64,000 nt of DNA, from contig OZ287751.1 in the NCBI GenBank assembly GCA_965649765.1, forward strand, positions 50,096,001-50,160,000, read 5' to 3'. The notes below the pieces were generated by a model. That model did not search any database. It was not told the DNA's origin and was given only the letters and a program-made list of their open reading frames with translations. The position numbers and the translations under genes are program-made. The stretch's first letter is position 1. Each line of letters starts with the position of its first letter. This stretch comes from Bispira polyomma (taxonomy: Eukaryota). This document shows, piece by piece, positions 27,301 through 42,300 of the stretch.

Positions 27301-30300
27301 TAAAAAAATATACAGACCCTCAGACTAATCAGTACAGACTACATCAATATACCTACACACTGTTAGCCATACACTACATATTTGACCTTGGTTTGTATGA
27401 CCTTGCTCTATTTACCTTAAGTATCTGTATGTCCTGTTGCTGTCTGCCTGTCTCCTCCCAAAGTGTTTACTTTATACACTATACCTAGTACACCTATACC
27501 ATACACCAGTACTACTGTTATAACACACTTACCTCAGCCACTGCATCCTCATGTAGTTTCTGCTCTCTGTCAAACTGTTCAGTCAGACTGTCAATGTCAT
27601 TCCTGAACTGGTTGTTCTGTTTCTGAACATCTACTAGTTCAGCCTTGGTCACCTCTAGGTCATCCTAAAGTACATTTAATAACATTATACATGTTGGTGT
27701 CATTAACAAAACAGGTGTATAGAAAACCAAACTCCTAATATTTAACTTGTAAATTTGGTTTTGTGGAAATTACAATATATACTAAGTTTAATTGTCAAGA
27801 ACTTATCTTGTGGGCCCTAAAAAGGGAGTACATGGTATCATGTAAACATGTCATTATTGCATGTCAAACAAGTTTACAACTTAAGTCAGTAATACATCTA
27901 ACATCAGAATAAGCAGATGTGACACAAAATCAGATACACCTCTCTCATGTTTACCCAGTACCCTTAAAAAAGCCTTTCCATTACATAACAATGGGTGGCT
28001 TATTTAGCTTTGTTAAAATCACACAATCTGTATTTCTGGCACCCTTTAATTAGCATGCAAACTAAGTATGTCCTCAAGGTCTAAAGAACCATAGACTAGT
28101 AGTTTTCTATTGTTTTACCACAATGCTAGCACCACAGGGATTTCATGCCATGAAATGCTACATTATATAATACCCAATATCAAAGAACAACACATGCTTT
28201 GAATTAGAACTTCTTGAAAGAAATGACCACTTCTCCTTCATCCCATGCAAGAAAAACATTTTTAAAAAGATTTTAAAAGAATACAAAACATCTGTCTATT
28301 TACTAATAAATGATTGTTAAACTGAATCTCTAGCTGAAGATAAAATCCTATCCTTGTGATGTTGAGAAAGATGTCTGCTGCAATTTAAGGATTATTTTAC
28401 TTCCAAACAGCAATATTTACAAATAATATTTTAATGACATAAGTTAACATTTTAAGACAACAGACTCCTTTGTTGAAATCAATATACCTACACACTGTTA
28501 GCCATACATTACATATTTGACCTTGGTTTGTATGACCTTGCTCTATTTACCTTAAGTATCTGTATGTCCTGTTGCTGTCTGCCAGTTTCCTCACTGTGTG
28601 TAGACCTACACAAGGTCAGGTCAGCACGCACCTGCTCTACTAGATTCTTTTGATTTCTGATCTCCTGAAGAGCCACCTATAAAGACACAAACACTGTACC
28701 TTGCCATACTGTCACACTAACACCACACTAACATACTATAACATACCAAAACTAGTAGATTGCTGGAAATTCTATAATCTATTCAATTGATTTTTTGTTC
28801 CTTTTTTTAAATATTCTCTGTAAATATATTCAAATAGCAATAGGTAACCTATCAGTACCTCTTGGCTTATTTGTGAATTTAAAAAAAAAGACACCCTGTA
28901 CAAGAGACACATGTACAGACACCATATAATCCCACCTAGCTCTATTTCTTACCTCTAGCATTTTATAAGCAGTTACCCTGACACTGGGGTCTGGTAGTGC
29001 AGTAAAACCAATGTTCACCATGTCTGTACACTGAGAGAAATACACCGACTGACCTCAACAACCCACAATATATACAGAAGTCTACACATGTAATCCCCAC
29101 ATTAGCTGTCACTTTCTCTGAATTCTATTCTAAACCATTATTTTGGTCCTTAATATTCATTTGATTATGTATGCATCATTGTCATCCCTGCATAATTCTT
29201 AAATAAATTATATTTAATGTCCCTGTAGAATCCAAATAATTCCAATATCTCAGCAGGAAGGACTAGATGTCAATTATCCCTGTAAACCCCCACCCCACAT
29301 AGGGTAAATTATGTTAATTTGGTGTCTATCTACTCAGTCAGTCTGACACCCAATGGAGGTTCACAAACAACATTAACTAGTACTGATTTCTGGGGTCCAA
29401 AAGAGACCTCTGACTGAGCTCCCTTAACCAATGTCTGTGACACCCCACAGGGGTGGTGCCTTATATACCCAGACCACCTTATGTAGAGGCTACCTAAAGT
29501 CAAAAATACAGCCTCATCTATTGAATGACTGTATTGTGACTTTACAAGGCTAATTGCAGTGATAAGTCAATTATATATATTTGCCTTTTGTTGTCTACAT
29601 TATTTCATACCACTGTGTACATACAAATTGTTACCAGCCTTTTGTGTTTGTTTAATGTTTATGATGTCTATGTTGATTAGGATAGGATAGTAGACATGAA
29701 AGCATTTTTAAAGCATGTTATAATTAGAAACTGAGCTTAGCCAAAAAAGCAAACATACCATAATTATCTCCCAGCTCAATGTATGACCAACACATTAATC
29801 TTTTATCAAAAGATTGCCTTTTTATGATACTTTAATGACATAGGTATAATGTATACCATAAGTAATTACTTTATACTACCTTACAACTAACAGATGTTCC
29901 TATTCATTACAATTTTTAATGCAGCACATTTTTGTACTCCTACTCTTTTCATTCTTACTTTTTTAACAACCTGAACTCTATAAACTTGTATCTTCAGCAC
30001 TGATTTCCTGGTTTTAGAGACTTCTTACTGGACTAACAAATGTCTATATTCGTTTTATTTCCCCAAACCATAAGAGTCAGTCTATGAACTCACTGGATTA
30101 TACCCTAGACCCTCACCTGATACTCATGTGTCTGATGACTAAAGTTCTTCTCCCCGTGGTTCACCCTCTCCTCTGACAGCTCTATCTGATTAGCCATGTT
30201 CCTCAGCTGACTCTGGAGGTCCTTGATGCGGGTGTTCAGACGGGCCATCTCATCGTCTCGAATGTTCAGCTCCTCCATGATCCCAGTGTACTGTTGCTGG

Positions 30301-33300
30301 GCAACATCCAGGTCTCCCTGTAACTTCAGGATCACCTGGTCTCTGTTGTTCACCTGAGAAAAGAGAAAACCAAATGTCCAATAGATGTCATTGTACAGTC
30401 AAGTAAAACAGCTAGAAAAAAATATGTGTCACAGAAAACCCTTCTATTGTCTCAACAAACTCTCCCTCTCCCAGGTCATTCAGATATTATAGGTTCCACC
30501 GTACTCTCTTTGCCACAATGATTTTCAGAACCAGACATTAGATACATACATTGAACATAGGAGAAAAACCCTGTGAAGAAAAGCCCAACCTATTGTAGCA
30601 GCCCTAATTTTTGTGAAATTTTACAGTTTTTACTGTTGCATTACCAATCTTATTGTAAAGAGTTCTAAGAGCTGTGAGGTAGAGGTGAGCATTACCTCTT
30701 TCTGACAAGTCCTGTGTTTCTCCTGTGAGATGGTAAGCTCTAGCTCCAGCCCCTGGATCTGGTCCTCCATCCTCAGCATGTCCTGGGCATTCTTAGAGAT
30801 GGAGTCACTCAGTGCATTGTTCTCCAGCTTCAGCTTCTCTAGCTGGTCCTCATACTTCATCACCTGTAACAGAGGTAAGCAGAGACAGATATTACAATGT
30901 GGTAGGGACAACATAAACCTTACTGGAATAAACCTCAAAGAAACTAATAAAAACTGAAATAAAACTAAAAGAAAACCCTTGTCAAAAAAATCTTGTATAG
31001 TATAAAACATGGTACAGCGGATAGGGAGATACAAATCCCTTTAAATCATTATAAAAATTTAAATAATACAAGTGTGTTATTCTACACATTTGTACTGAAC
31101 CCACTAATAAATAAAATGGTTTAAAATTGTGGTGTGTTCTATTTAACTGCAAAACATTTTTTTTTTTTATAGAAATGAGTTTACAACTTTTTACATTATT
31201 AAACATTTACATTTTGAACTGAAAAGCTGTGACAAACTTACAATTATGTATCTAAATACTAAATCAAACATTTATATGATTTCTTTAACTTATAAACTCT
31301 ATGTAAATAAACACCTGATAGTAAATATCCATTTTATGTAAAAACGATTCCAGCACTCCAGAAAAGGTGTCAAACACAAACATCAATCCTTTACTGGGTA
31401 TAGATATAATAAAACTAGTTATATCTCTTCCAACAATTAAAGCCAATGACTTCTCAGTCAGCCTCCTTATGTGATACTGTAGTAATGTATAGATGCTAAG
31501 ACTCTGTAAAACAACAGACTGTAAAACCTCTGTGTTGAACAAAAACTTAAGCATTCTAATTACTACTAATCTTTCTTAAGAACAGGCCTCTTGACAAGAA
31601 CTATACAATTCCTTAGATTAATTTAGCTCCTTAAAAGATTAGTTTGTAGTTAGTAAAGACTGGCTAATATTTTGACTTCTTTATATTATTATCTAATATT
31701 TTGACTTCTTTATATTATTATAACAGCTCTGCATGTGGCAAGAACCATTGTTGCTTTGCTGTATTTCCCAGATCTGCACTGCTATATATACCACACAATT
31801 GCACTTCTACTGAACAAACTTGTAACTCAGATGACACAATTAGTAAGACACAGAAACACTAACTACTCACTTGACATAATCTATCTATTTACAATCTGTG
31901 ATAGCCAGATTGCAATTAGTCAACTCATGTAACCATACCTGTCAAATAGTATTGCACTTAAGAAAGTATAATTCACTGCTTAGCCTATAGTTCACTATCT
32001 AAAATGTCAACATCACCCTGATCATTTAAATACAATTGCATGGTTAGTTATTAATTAATTCACTACTTAACCTACATTGTCTATAAGAATTTAAATACAA
32101 TCACATACTATTAGTTAATTAGTTGTCTAAGTGAATCAGTTGTTCACAATAACAGATGGATGACCCTTGTGCAAACACCCCGAGTTTTCAACATAACAAT
32201 AGAACACTCTCTTAGTATCACAAAATTACGTTTGACCTTTAAAAAAAAATTTTAAAAAAACTTTCCTGGCAGTCTATTTTATTCTTCCTCAATTTACCAA
32301 ATTTTCCAATACAGTTCATGATGAACAACTTTAAGATATATATTCCATGTGAGGAGAAAAGCAAATACAATTCTACTCTACTATATTTAGATTCTAAATG
32401 AAAACACCCATCCTGACTGCATATTTATATATAAACATGTATTAAAACTGATTATGTATGCATTCCCATTCTCTATAAAAACCTAATTTAAATCACAATA
32501 CTCCCAATTAGCATCTTCCATTCATGCATGGGTTTTTCAAAAGGATGTCACAAGGGCCTGTCATATGTCTGCTTATGAATACACAATTAAAGGGTTCAAG
32601 AGAATAGATACATTCAAATAGTGTAAGGAGATTACACTTTCTCATTAATTCTTATTTCAGCACCTTATATGTAACGTGAAGTAGCTTTAATAACTTTAAT
32701 CTATACCAACAGTATAAAGTTTCCCATGGGTTTAATTCTAGGGTAACACTTTCAAACAGAGATGTACACAAGTCAAAGATTTTAATTACAATGTTTTGGA
32801 ATAAAATTGTCATTGTATGCAATCTTATTAATTAAAACATACTTGTGATAGTGTTCACTTGTGACATATATAACGTATCATAGCATATATATATAATGTA
32901 TTTGAAATACTTGCTTTACAAACCTGTGAATGCAACAGATAGAATTATACCATATGCAGACACTGTGGTAAATTAAGGGAAAATTGACACATGTTTTGAT
33001 TAGTAATCGTTTAACTAAAGCAAACAGTAGCCAGCTTAAAATAAAGTGTGCCTTCAGAATAATTTAAAGATTGGTCTTTATTAACCTTCCCAGTCCCTTA
33101 TCATATTCCAATAAGAGCAGCAAACCAATTTATGATAAATACTTATGTATGTGAAGCTTTATTACACACATACACCACTCCATATAATAGTTCTTAGAAA
33201 TGAAACCACCCAAATGACTAAAATTTCGACCCCAACTAGACCATTTTTACACAGACTTGCTTCAAGTCCTTGTGTGTCACAGTTTCTTTTTGTATGAGCA

Positions 33301-36300
33301 CAAATTAAGAGAGCTTACCCTGACACACTCACACAGGATGCAAGGATATCATAATGCACCCAAAAGAAACAACCTTGGGCTAAATCCAATTTTGAAGTCT
33401 CCCTAGTAACATGTACTATTTTGACTAACAGAGATGTTTCAGATGTTTTTAGAGGTTATATAATGTAATGTCTCTAGAAAGTAGTTTTAAATCCTCAAAA
33501 TTCCAAACTGGAATAGAATTACCAAAATAAAAATATATGAATGAAGGATAAATCAAATGAATTAGCTGTAATTGTCAGGTGGGGGGAGATGGGAGTGGGG
33601 GACCCTTATTTGGCCTAGACTGCTGCAGCCAGAAGCATGAGATGGAAGATTAAGTCAGTAATCACTGTCATGAGAGATTGTGAATTAAAATTTTTACGTG
33701 CAATTTCTTTTAATAATTTAAGCATTTGTTAAGCAATTTTGTGAAATTTTAGGTGATTCTTCTGTATCGCTTCACAGAATACCTAGATCTAGTAAGTAGT
33801 CACAATGACACTTCTTAGTATACTTACAGTTGCTACAGCACTCACAACAGTAACAGGGTTAAACAAGTTGGACAACAACTTGAGAAGACTGAAATCATGA
33901 ATGCCCCTACTATGTTTACACATCCCCTTGCCTCCTTTGGTGTTTGTAGGTGTGACATTTCCCTTGTGTGTATCCTGTATTGTAGAGTTGTCTACCTTGT
34001 TTCTGACTGGACTTATAATAACATACGAGTCCGTACTGATCTCTGCAAAGTTAAGGTTGAAGTTACTGCTGTCTATGTCCATGTCATTGAGGTACTGATC
34101 TAGTCTGCTGTGGTGGTAAGCACTGTTGTCTAGTATAGGGGTACTACTACACTTTGACTCATTGTCACAGTGAAGACAAGACTCGCCATTGCTAGGAGAA
34201 TTAGGAGTAAGCATGATCAACTGGATTCTGCTCAACACAAGTGTAACTTAAGAATACAATACATATATCAAATATACATGGATCCCTTCAACTTGGCATA
34301 AAACTCACTGAATATTTAACTATCCATCTATATTTCATTTAAATTTCATCACCAGGTGCATGAACTCCTTATTTGTAGTTGGCAAAGTCTTTTTCAAATC
34401 CAGATATCTTATGTATTTTGGCGTATTTTATTTTCCCAAAATTAAGTATAACACACTTCTTTGTAACTGTAATCTATCTTCTTTAAAAGAACAGAAATCT
34501 TGGCATTTCATAGAATACCTGTTAACAAACGAAAGAAAAATGTAGGATGTACTTCACAATGATTTATTCAAAATAATGCACTGTCACTTTATACTCCATA
34601 TCTCTCCACACACCATATACATATAAATGATCTCTAGGCCTAAGAAATTGACCACTTATACATGCACTGATTTTACTAACAGTCTAACACTATTCAAATT
34701 CTCCACAAGAAATGTCTCCAAGCTTGTAGTGTTGTCTGAGGACACCAGTACAGAATGTTAGACTCACAGCTTGATCACATTTATTTAGATCTTGTTTCTT
34801 CTCCTCAGACTGATTTTAAACAAGTGTTACCCTTGTTTGCTTGAGGGGCATACATAGGGCATACATATCAATGTATACCCCCTATTGTTAAATGCCCCTC
34901 TGAGAGGGCTCCTATTTGAAGTACTACAATGGGCCTTACTGGTAATGAGCAAACTCAGAACCTTATTCAAATTTCAAACTATAGATGCACCAATGAAGAG
35001 CCTTAGATTCTCCCTGGTTTGCTTATTCTAATCTCCTCAAGGGTGCTTGGTCTGTAATTAGCACTTCTTGATATAGATCTATATGTCTCAGCATGGAGAG
35101 TTTATTTTGACTGAGAATACCATTGTATTATTATTTTATACAATGCAGTGGTCAGCTAGCTTCAGATGGTACAATGTGATTGGTATTCCTCTAAATGAGC
35201 ATAAAACTGTAAACCATTAACAATGTCCCAGTCTGGGATGTTGTAAAAGTGACATAGGTGGCCACAATTACACATTTCAACTTTTTTGTCATTCACACAA
35301 TGGCACTCATTGTCAGGATTCTTCAAAATTAAATATTAATTACCCGAAAAAAGCTTGACATAAGTGTGAACTAGTACAGAACATAAAGGGACAATTAACT
35401 ATCATTTCAATAAAGCAAAATCAGCATATTTACAGATTTCTAACAATTAAATATTACAACTAATTACATAAAAGGCTGATGCAAAATAACAATATTGTAA
35501 CAAAGACACAACATTTAATTTTCCAAACAGCCAGATTCTGTAACTTACGGTAGTTATCCACTGAAGTTGCTACATTTTAGCTTAATAGCTTTCAATAACT
35601 AATTTTAAAAGTTAAATAACACAGAGAAGGCAATCTACTGGTTTACCAAGTTTAAAAATACATGCATACACCATCATTAATAATGAAGAACTTTACCAAA
35701 CTATAATTTGTAATGTAGTATTACCCCTAGAATGGACACAAAGTGACCACTGACATCAAGTATGATGGATCCTTTCACCTGCCCCTGGTGCCAGATAAGG
35801 TGGCCCTGATCACAGGGTGAAGTAAGGCAGCAGGTGGTGAAGATAACATCAGGAAGGGTAGGAGGAATATTTGCAACGGTTTCAAACCACTGAATAGACC
35901 CCCATACTTAAAATGCAGGATATATAGAATAAATGGGTCCCAGAATAAATATTTGTATTTTATCGATTGTTCATGAAACTGACATTAGGATTCTGTCTTG
36001 ATTTCCCGAAACTATTGGGATTTTGTCTATTGGGACACATTATCAGACTAAATATTTTCTTTAAACAATTTAGATTTTCTTAATTCACATATTGCACATA
36101 AAAATTTAATAATTAAAGACATTAACTCAATTAATCATTCCAGCTTATTTGATTGACTGGCTAAAGGAAACAAACTATTAGTTTCTTCAGAAGCAGTTTC
36201 AAATATTTTATATGAAAATACAATACGTCGTTTATGAAATTTTAAGCCTACAAATATAAGGGTATTGTAGCTTTCATGCTAAAATCCATTTCTTTAACAC

Positions 36301-39300
36301 ACTTCATCATTTCCCTAGTGGATTTAATTTTGTCTTTGGCAAGAGAGAACTTTTTTTCCTCTTTACAATGTGTTTAGTTTAAATACTCTTTTACTTTTAT
36401 TATCAACTGTCAAGTGATTAAAGTAACTTGAGTAAAGTAACTCGATTAGAGTAACTCGAGCAAAGGATCATTACCATTTGAGTGAGATGATATATAGACT
36501 CTATGTGTAAATCAGTTGGGAAGAATTAAAATACTGAATTATTTTATTGCCGTTATTTTATTCTAACACTTTATCATATACTAAAGCTATCACAGTCAGA
36601 TATTACTAAATAAATACATTTAACCCAACATCAAATGATAGGACTAGGAATTGATAGGATTTGTGTGAAATAGATCCTTCATTAACTCAACACTGAGTCC
36701 AGAAACTATCGACATTGAGTGGTCATTGTGTGTATTTAAAATATTCATTATAACATGCAGAAATTTTACAATAAATTGAAGATATCTGAGGCTTTGAATC
36801 CTAAATGAATTTATCCAGAATCTGTCACTATGTCCCATCTCAACTTTCCTTTAAATTCAACTTATAGAGTATTCACGTTTTAATATCATTGAAGGTGATG
36901 AAAAATATATTTAAACTTTTGAACAGAGTTATGAGTGTCATTCTTCATTCCAGTCTGAACTAAGTTAATAAAACTTTATCAAGACTTAGTATTGTAATAA
37001 GGCATATACTATCTCTGGCTTTATTTGATTGATGTATTGGCATATACTATCTCTAGCTTTATTTGCTTGATGAATATAGTAAGACATAGTTATCTGATAC
37101 GCTTCATTTAAACTTGACCCCATGCTACCAACATAATAAGTCCCCCAACAACTGAAGGCGAAATCGATTTTGAAATGATCATTCAGACTTTTGTGAGTTT
37201 AATGTTCTACACAAAGCAAAAGCATCAAGCCTTCAACCAACCAGAAAATTGCTTTTTGTCATTACAATCACAAAGATCTTTAACAACAACCATCTTCAAA
37301 AATTTTTCCCGCATTAAATGCTTCTTCTGATGTTTTAAATTAGATGAACCGCAGTTATATCTGTCCTATGTGAATGATTTAGGTTTGAAATTTATGCTTT
37401 AACATTGTTATTATTAATTTTGTAAACACTGTGTGAAAAAATGTGTTTGTGTATATTATAAGATTAGTCTCACTTGCCTGTATATAAAATTTATTAGTCT
37501 CACTTGTCTGTATATTATAAGATTAGTCTCACTTGCCTGTATATTATATTTATTAGTCTCACTTGTCTGTATATTATAACATTAGTCTCACTTGCCTGTA
37601 TATTATAAGATTAGTCTCACTTGCCTGTATATTATAAGATTAGTCTCACTTGCCTGTATATTATAACATTAGTCTCACTTGCCTGTATATTATAAGATTA
37701 GTCTCATAAGATTACTCTCACTTGCCTGTATATTATAAGATTAGTCTCACTTGCCTGTATATTATAAGATTAGTCTCACTTGCCTGTATATTATAACATT
37801 AGTCTCACTTGCCTGTATATTATAACATTAGTCTCATAAGATTAGTCTCACTTGCCTGTATATTATAAGATTAGTCCCACTTGCCTGTATATTATAACAT
37901 TAGTCTCACTTGCCTGTATATTATAAGATTAGTCTCACTTGCCTGTATATTATAAGATTAGTCTCACTTGCCTGTATATTATAAGATTAGTCTCACTTGC
38001 CTGTATATTATAACATTAGTCCCACTTGTCTGTATATTATAACATTAGTCTCACTTGCCTGTATATTATAAGATTAGTCTCACTTGCCTGTATATTATAA
38101 GATTAGTCTCATAAGATTAATCTCACTTGCCTGTATATTATAAGATTAGTCTCACTTGCCTGTATATTATAACATTAGTCTCACTTGCCTGTATATTATA
38201 AGATTAGTCTCACTTGCCTGTATATTATAACATTAGTCTCACTTGCCTGTATATTATAAGATTAGTCTCACTTGCCTGTATATTATAACATTAGTCTCAC
38301 TTGCCTGTATATTATAAGATTAGTCTCACTTGCCTGTATATTATATTTATTAGTCCCACTTGCCTGTATATTATAACATTAGTCTCACTTGCCTGTATAT
38401 TATAATTATTAGTCTCACTTACCTGTATATTATAACATTAGTCTCACTTGCCTGTATATTATATTTATTAGTCCCACTTGTCTGTATATTATAAGATTAG
38501 TCTCACTTGTCTGTATATTATAACATTAGTCTCACTTGCCTGTATATTATATTTATTAGTCCCACTTGTCTGTATATTATAATTATTAGTCTCAATTGCC
38601 TGCTGCAAGATATTTGTGCGTACATATCTTTAGAAGTTACAAAATGTTTAAATTGTCCTATATGATCACAGAATAAATTCAGCACATACTGATTGTGTTT
38701 GACATGTCTTATTACATAAATTATTTGCTCTGATACATGCTATTGTATTTTTGTGCAGAACTTGAACCTTCAGAATTTTAAAAATGCATTCTAAATCTCT
38801 CTGTAATTTATTCTCTACTAAAGATCTTTGTTTGACATAATCTTAAGAAATTTAGTGGCCTTATTTTAATAAACCATCCCTGCTTACACAGAATAAGGGT
38901 GACCTCTGCCTCAAGTCAGTTTTATTGTCAACACTCTGCTTTTTTATAAAAAAAAAATTCCTGTGAAAATAAATTTTAATGTTTTATGGGACACCAAACA
39001 TAACAATTATGTTTTGGGTTTTTTTAAAATGTGGCTAAGTTAGTATTTAAAAAGCACATTCAATTTAATAAAACACAAAACCATTCTATCACAACTTGTT
39101 GCAAATATATTAAAGGCTCTGATTTTAAGGTATCACACAGTTTTGCTTAAATAACAGCTAAATAAGATCAACAAAACAATAAAACCATTTTTTTCCAGGC
39201 TTTAACTTTCTCGCTTTTTAAATAAAAGTGACGATATGCTAGCGTCTTGGTATCCAATTGACCACCATCTAGGTGCTGGTACAAAAACAACTGATGACGT

Positions 39301-42300
39301 TACAAAACATAGTTTTGTGGAATTTGGCAGTATAGGAAATTTAGTGTAAATCCAAATAAGTTTATAGTGTCAGCAACGGTCTACTAGTGCTATAAATATT
39401 GCCTGTTATAACTCTTGTGACACATAAGTACCGAGGGCTGGGAGTTACTAGAATGGTACATATTTGTACCGTTAAATTGTAAACAACTAAGGAGGCTCGC
39501 CTCTCTCTGCTGGGATTTGCTTGGTGGACATTGCAGATCTTGAGATTAATAGTCCAGTATACTAACAGTTGAGTTAAAGGGGACACCCCAGAGTGTTCAA
39601 TGCGCTGATATACACAGATATTACACCATGTAAACCCATAAAGAAACTAACTTCTGCCAGGATTCAAACCGTGGCTCTTGGGGATCTTAGGATTTATAGT
39701 TGCATACACGTACGGTTGAGTTGAAGGGGAAACCCAGAAGCCTGAGTGTTTAATGCGCTGATGGATACACAGATATTACAAAATGTATTTTAAAAACCAC
39801 ATGTAACTTGTGTCACAGCAATCAATTGTCTATCTAGTAATAACTACATTACCTCATCATACACTGAAGCATACTGGGCCTGGGATTCTGTGAGGTCTTC
39901 TCTCAACTGTTTGATCTTGTCATCCTTGTGTGAGATCTACAACAACAAATGGTTAAACTTTACTGTCACCCCCTTACATACACTGCATCATATTTCACAG
40001 AACAAAATTACATGGTAAAATTGAGTAACATGTAAAATTGTGCACAAAAATAGTTTTAAAGCTAAAGGCAACAATTGTGATTTTATAAATATAACAAGTT
40101 TTTCAAAACACTACTCACTATGTATTTCAGATAGGATACCGACTAATGATGATTATTAATTTATTATAGACTAATAACAGTAAAAAGGAACAGCTGAAAT
40201 AACATTATTCAGCAATCAAACTGTAACTTCCAAAGTAAGTAACAATAATTTGTGGGTCTATGATCAGTGGATGTCCTTATGCCATCACCAGAATAAACTA
40301 AAAACCATGGCAGGGCTTTGCGCTCGAGTATTTTTTTAGTTCACTTTTTGCTGTTATCTTTTTACTGATCAAAACTGTTTGCAATGAAACGCGTACATAA
40401 CCACTGGCCATCAAAATATCCATATCAATTGGGTATGATAATTTTCAAAGGAGACTCCTATATGTTACTCAACTAACAGGAATCTACTAAAGACGTGTTG
40501 CCTACGATAGTAAATATTCTTCCTCTACTTGGTCCTAGTGACTTGTGTCTATTATTTGATAAGTTTCAGAAAACCCTCAAAAATATCAGAACTAAATCAA
40601 TGTATTTTCTCCAGTTTTACCTGACAGACTTTTAATTATCTTCAAAATTCTTTACCATGCAGTAAATATCACAACAGATTTAATTGAGGCAAAAAATCAC
40701 ACGCTTTTAAATTTAGAGATAAATCTTTTAAACAACTGCAGATCAATTACTAGGCAAGCATTGCTATCTGTAATCGAAAAAATAAAATAAACTTTTGCAA
40801 ATGATAGGTAATTACTAGGGAATAAATTGAGCAATACACTCAAGTTAATCATCCAATGCATGAACATCACTAAAAGGACTTAGCTCATAGTATACCTTTC
40901 TCTTTATCCTGAATATAAATTGAATTTCATATCTCAAGATTTAACAAAACAAGTCCCAAAACACTTTTTTCATTTCTAATTTAAGAAAGATTTTTAATCT
41001 TTTATCCATAATGGCGCATAGTTAAGAGTCCACAGACACTTACAGGGTGGATTATATGGACTGATAAAAACCAGCATTGTTTTGGTTGCAAACATATACA
41101 TATACATGTGCTTGTAATCATTTGCTTGTCCCAAGTTTTGTTTTTCCATCAAGACCATGTAAGACAGAAACAAGGCCTTAAGGCCTTACTAGCTCAGGTA
41201 CCACCTAGCTTACTGCAATTTATAACTGTAATTACATATTACACTATTACACAAAAGAAAAAGTGAGAAGGAGTTGGGAACAGATTGACGTTGGTACCCT
41301 TGCCATGATGTTACAAACTCATCTAGAGCACACACAAGGAAAAGGTAGATTTTCTGTCAGCAATGGCCTAGCATGGCTTTACAAGGGTGCATGATGATTA
41401 TGCAGAAAGGTGGACTTTCCAGATAAGGATCTATATTGCTTAAAGCAACCTAGTTTTTACAAAGTTTGGCATATAAGGAGAGAATGAATGCTATATAGAC
41501 CCTGAGTTGACATTGTCTATGAGACAATACTTAAAGACTACTGTACTAAAACGATTATTACTCATAGACTCAGCTTCAGTATGTTAAATATACAGATCTT
41601 TTCAATGTGACTTTTAAACTTAATGTGCTTCTTTTCATACCCAGTATTTGTCATTGTGAGACTGTAATAGTAAATACCATGAAATTTGTGCAAATGGCTA
41701 ACTTCTTGTGCAAGAAAATAACAGGTAGAAAACAGACCGTATCAAACCAATATAAACCTACACTACTGTATATTTTAAAACTGTACATATCAATGTGAGG
41801 ATCTATCTACAATAAATCACAGTAAATCTTCATGCAGTTGTCTATTACTAAATGACTATAAATTATAAATATACATTTAACCCCTTTAAGTAGAACCTTA
41901 ATTAACATGGTAGATTTTAAAAGAGAAGGCTTCTGTGGGACTACAAAGTTTTCATCACATACAGGAGAACTTGACTTAACAGAGTTCTACATAAAAGGGT
42001 TTGATTGTACATGTGCTAATTCATATGCAAATAACTAATCATCAGAACTTACTGATGAATGATTTTAATGATCTTTATATAAATAAACAGTAAAAAAGAA
42101 AATTAAAGGTAATAACAATGCATACCTCAATTTTAGCCTACAATTCAAAAGATAAAGTAGACAGTACACACACAAAATAGGACGTAAAAAAATGTACAAA
42201 ACTTACACCGTCAGTGATTACCTAATCAATACAAATTACAGCGATAAAATAGAATAGTCTGTATGTCTGCGTGGTTCACAGATACTCTAACACAGATCTG

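Noticed and set aside
37450-38602. CRISPR-like appearance of the 29-bp and other arrays
   Set aside because: Units are head-to-tail with no unique spacers, there are no cas genes, and the context is a eukaryotic intron.
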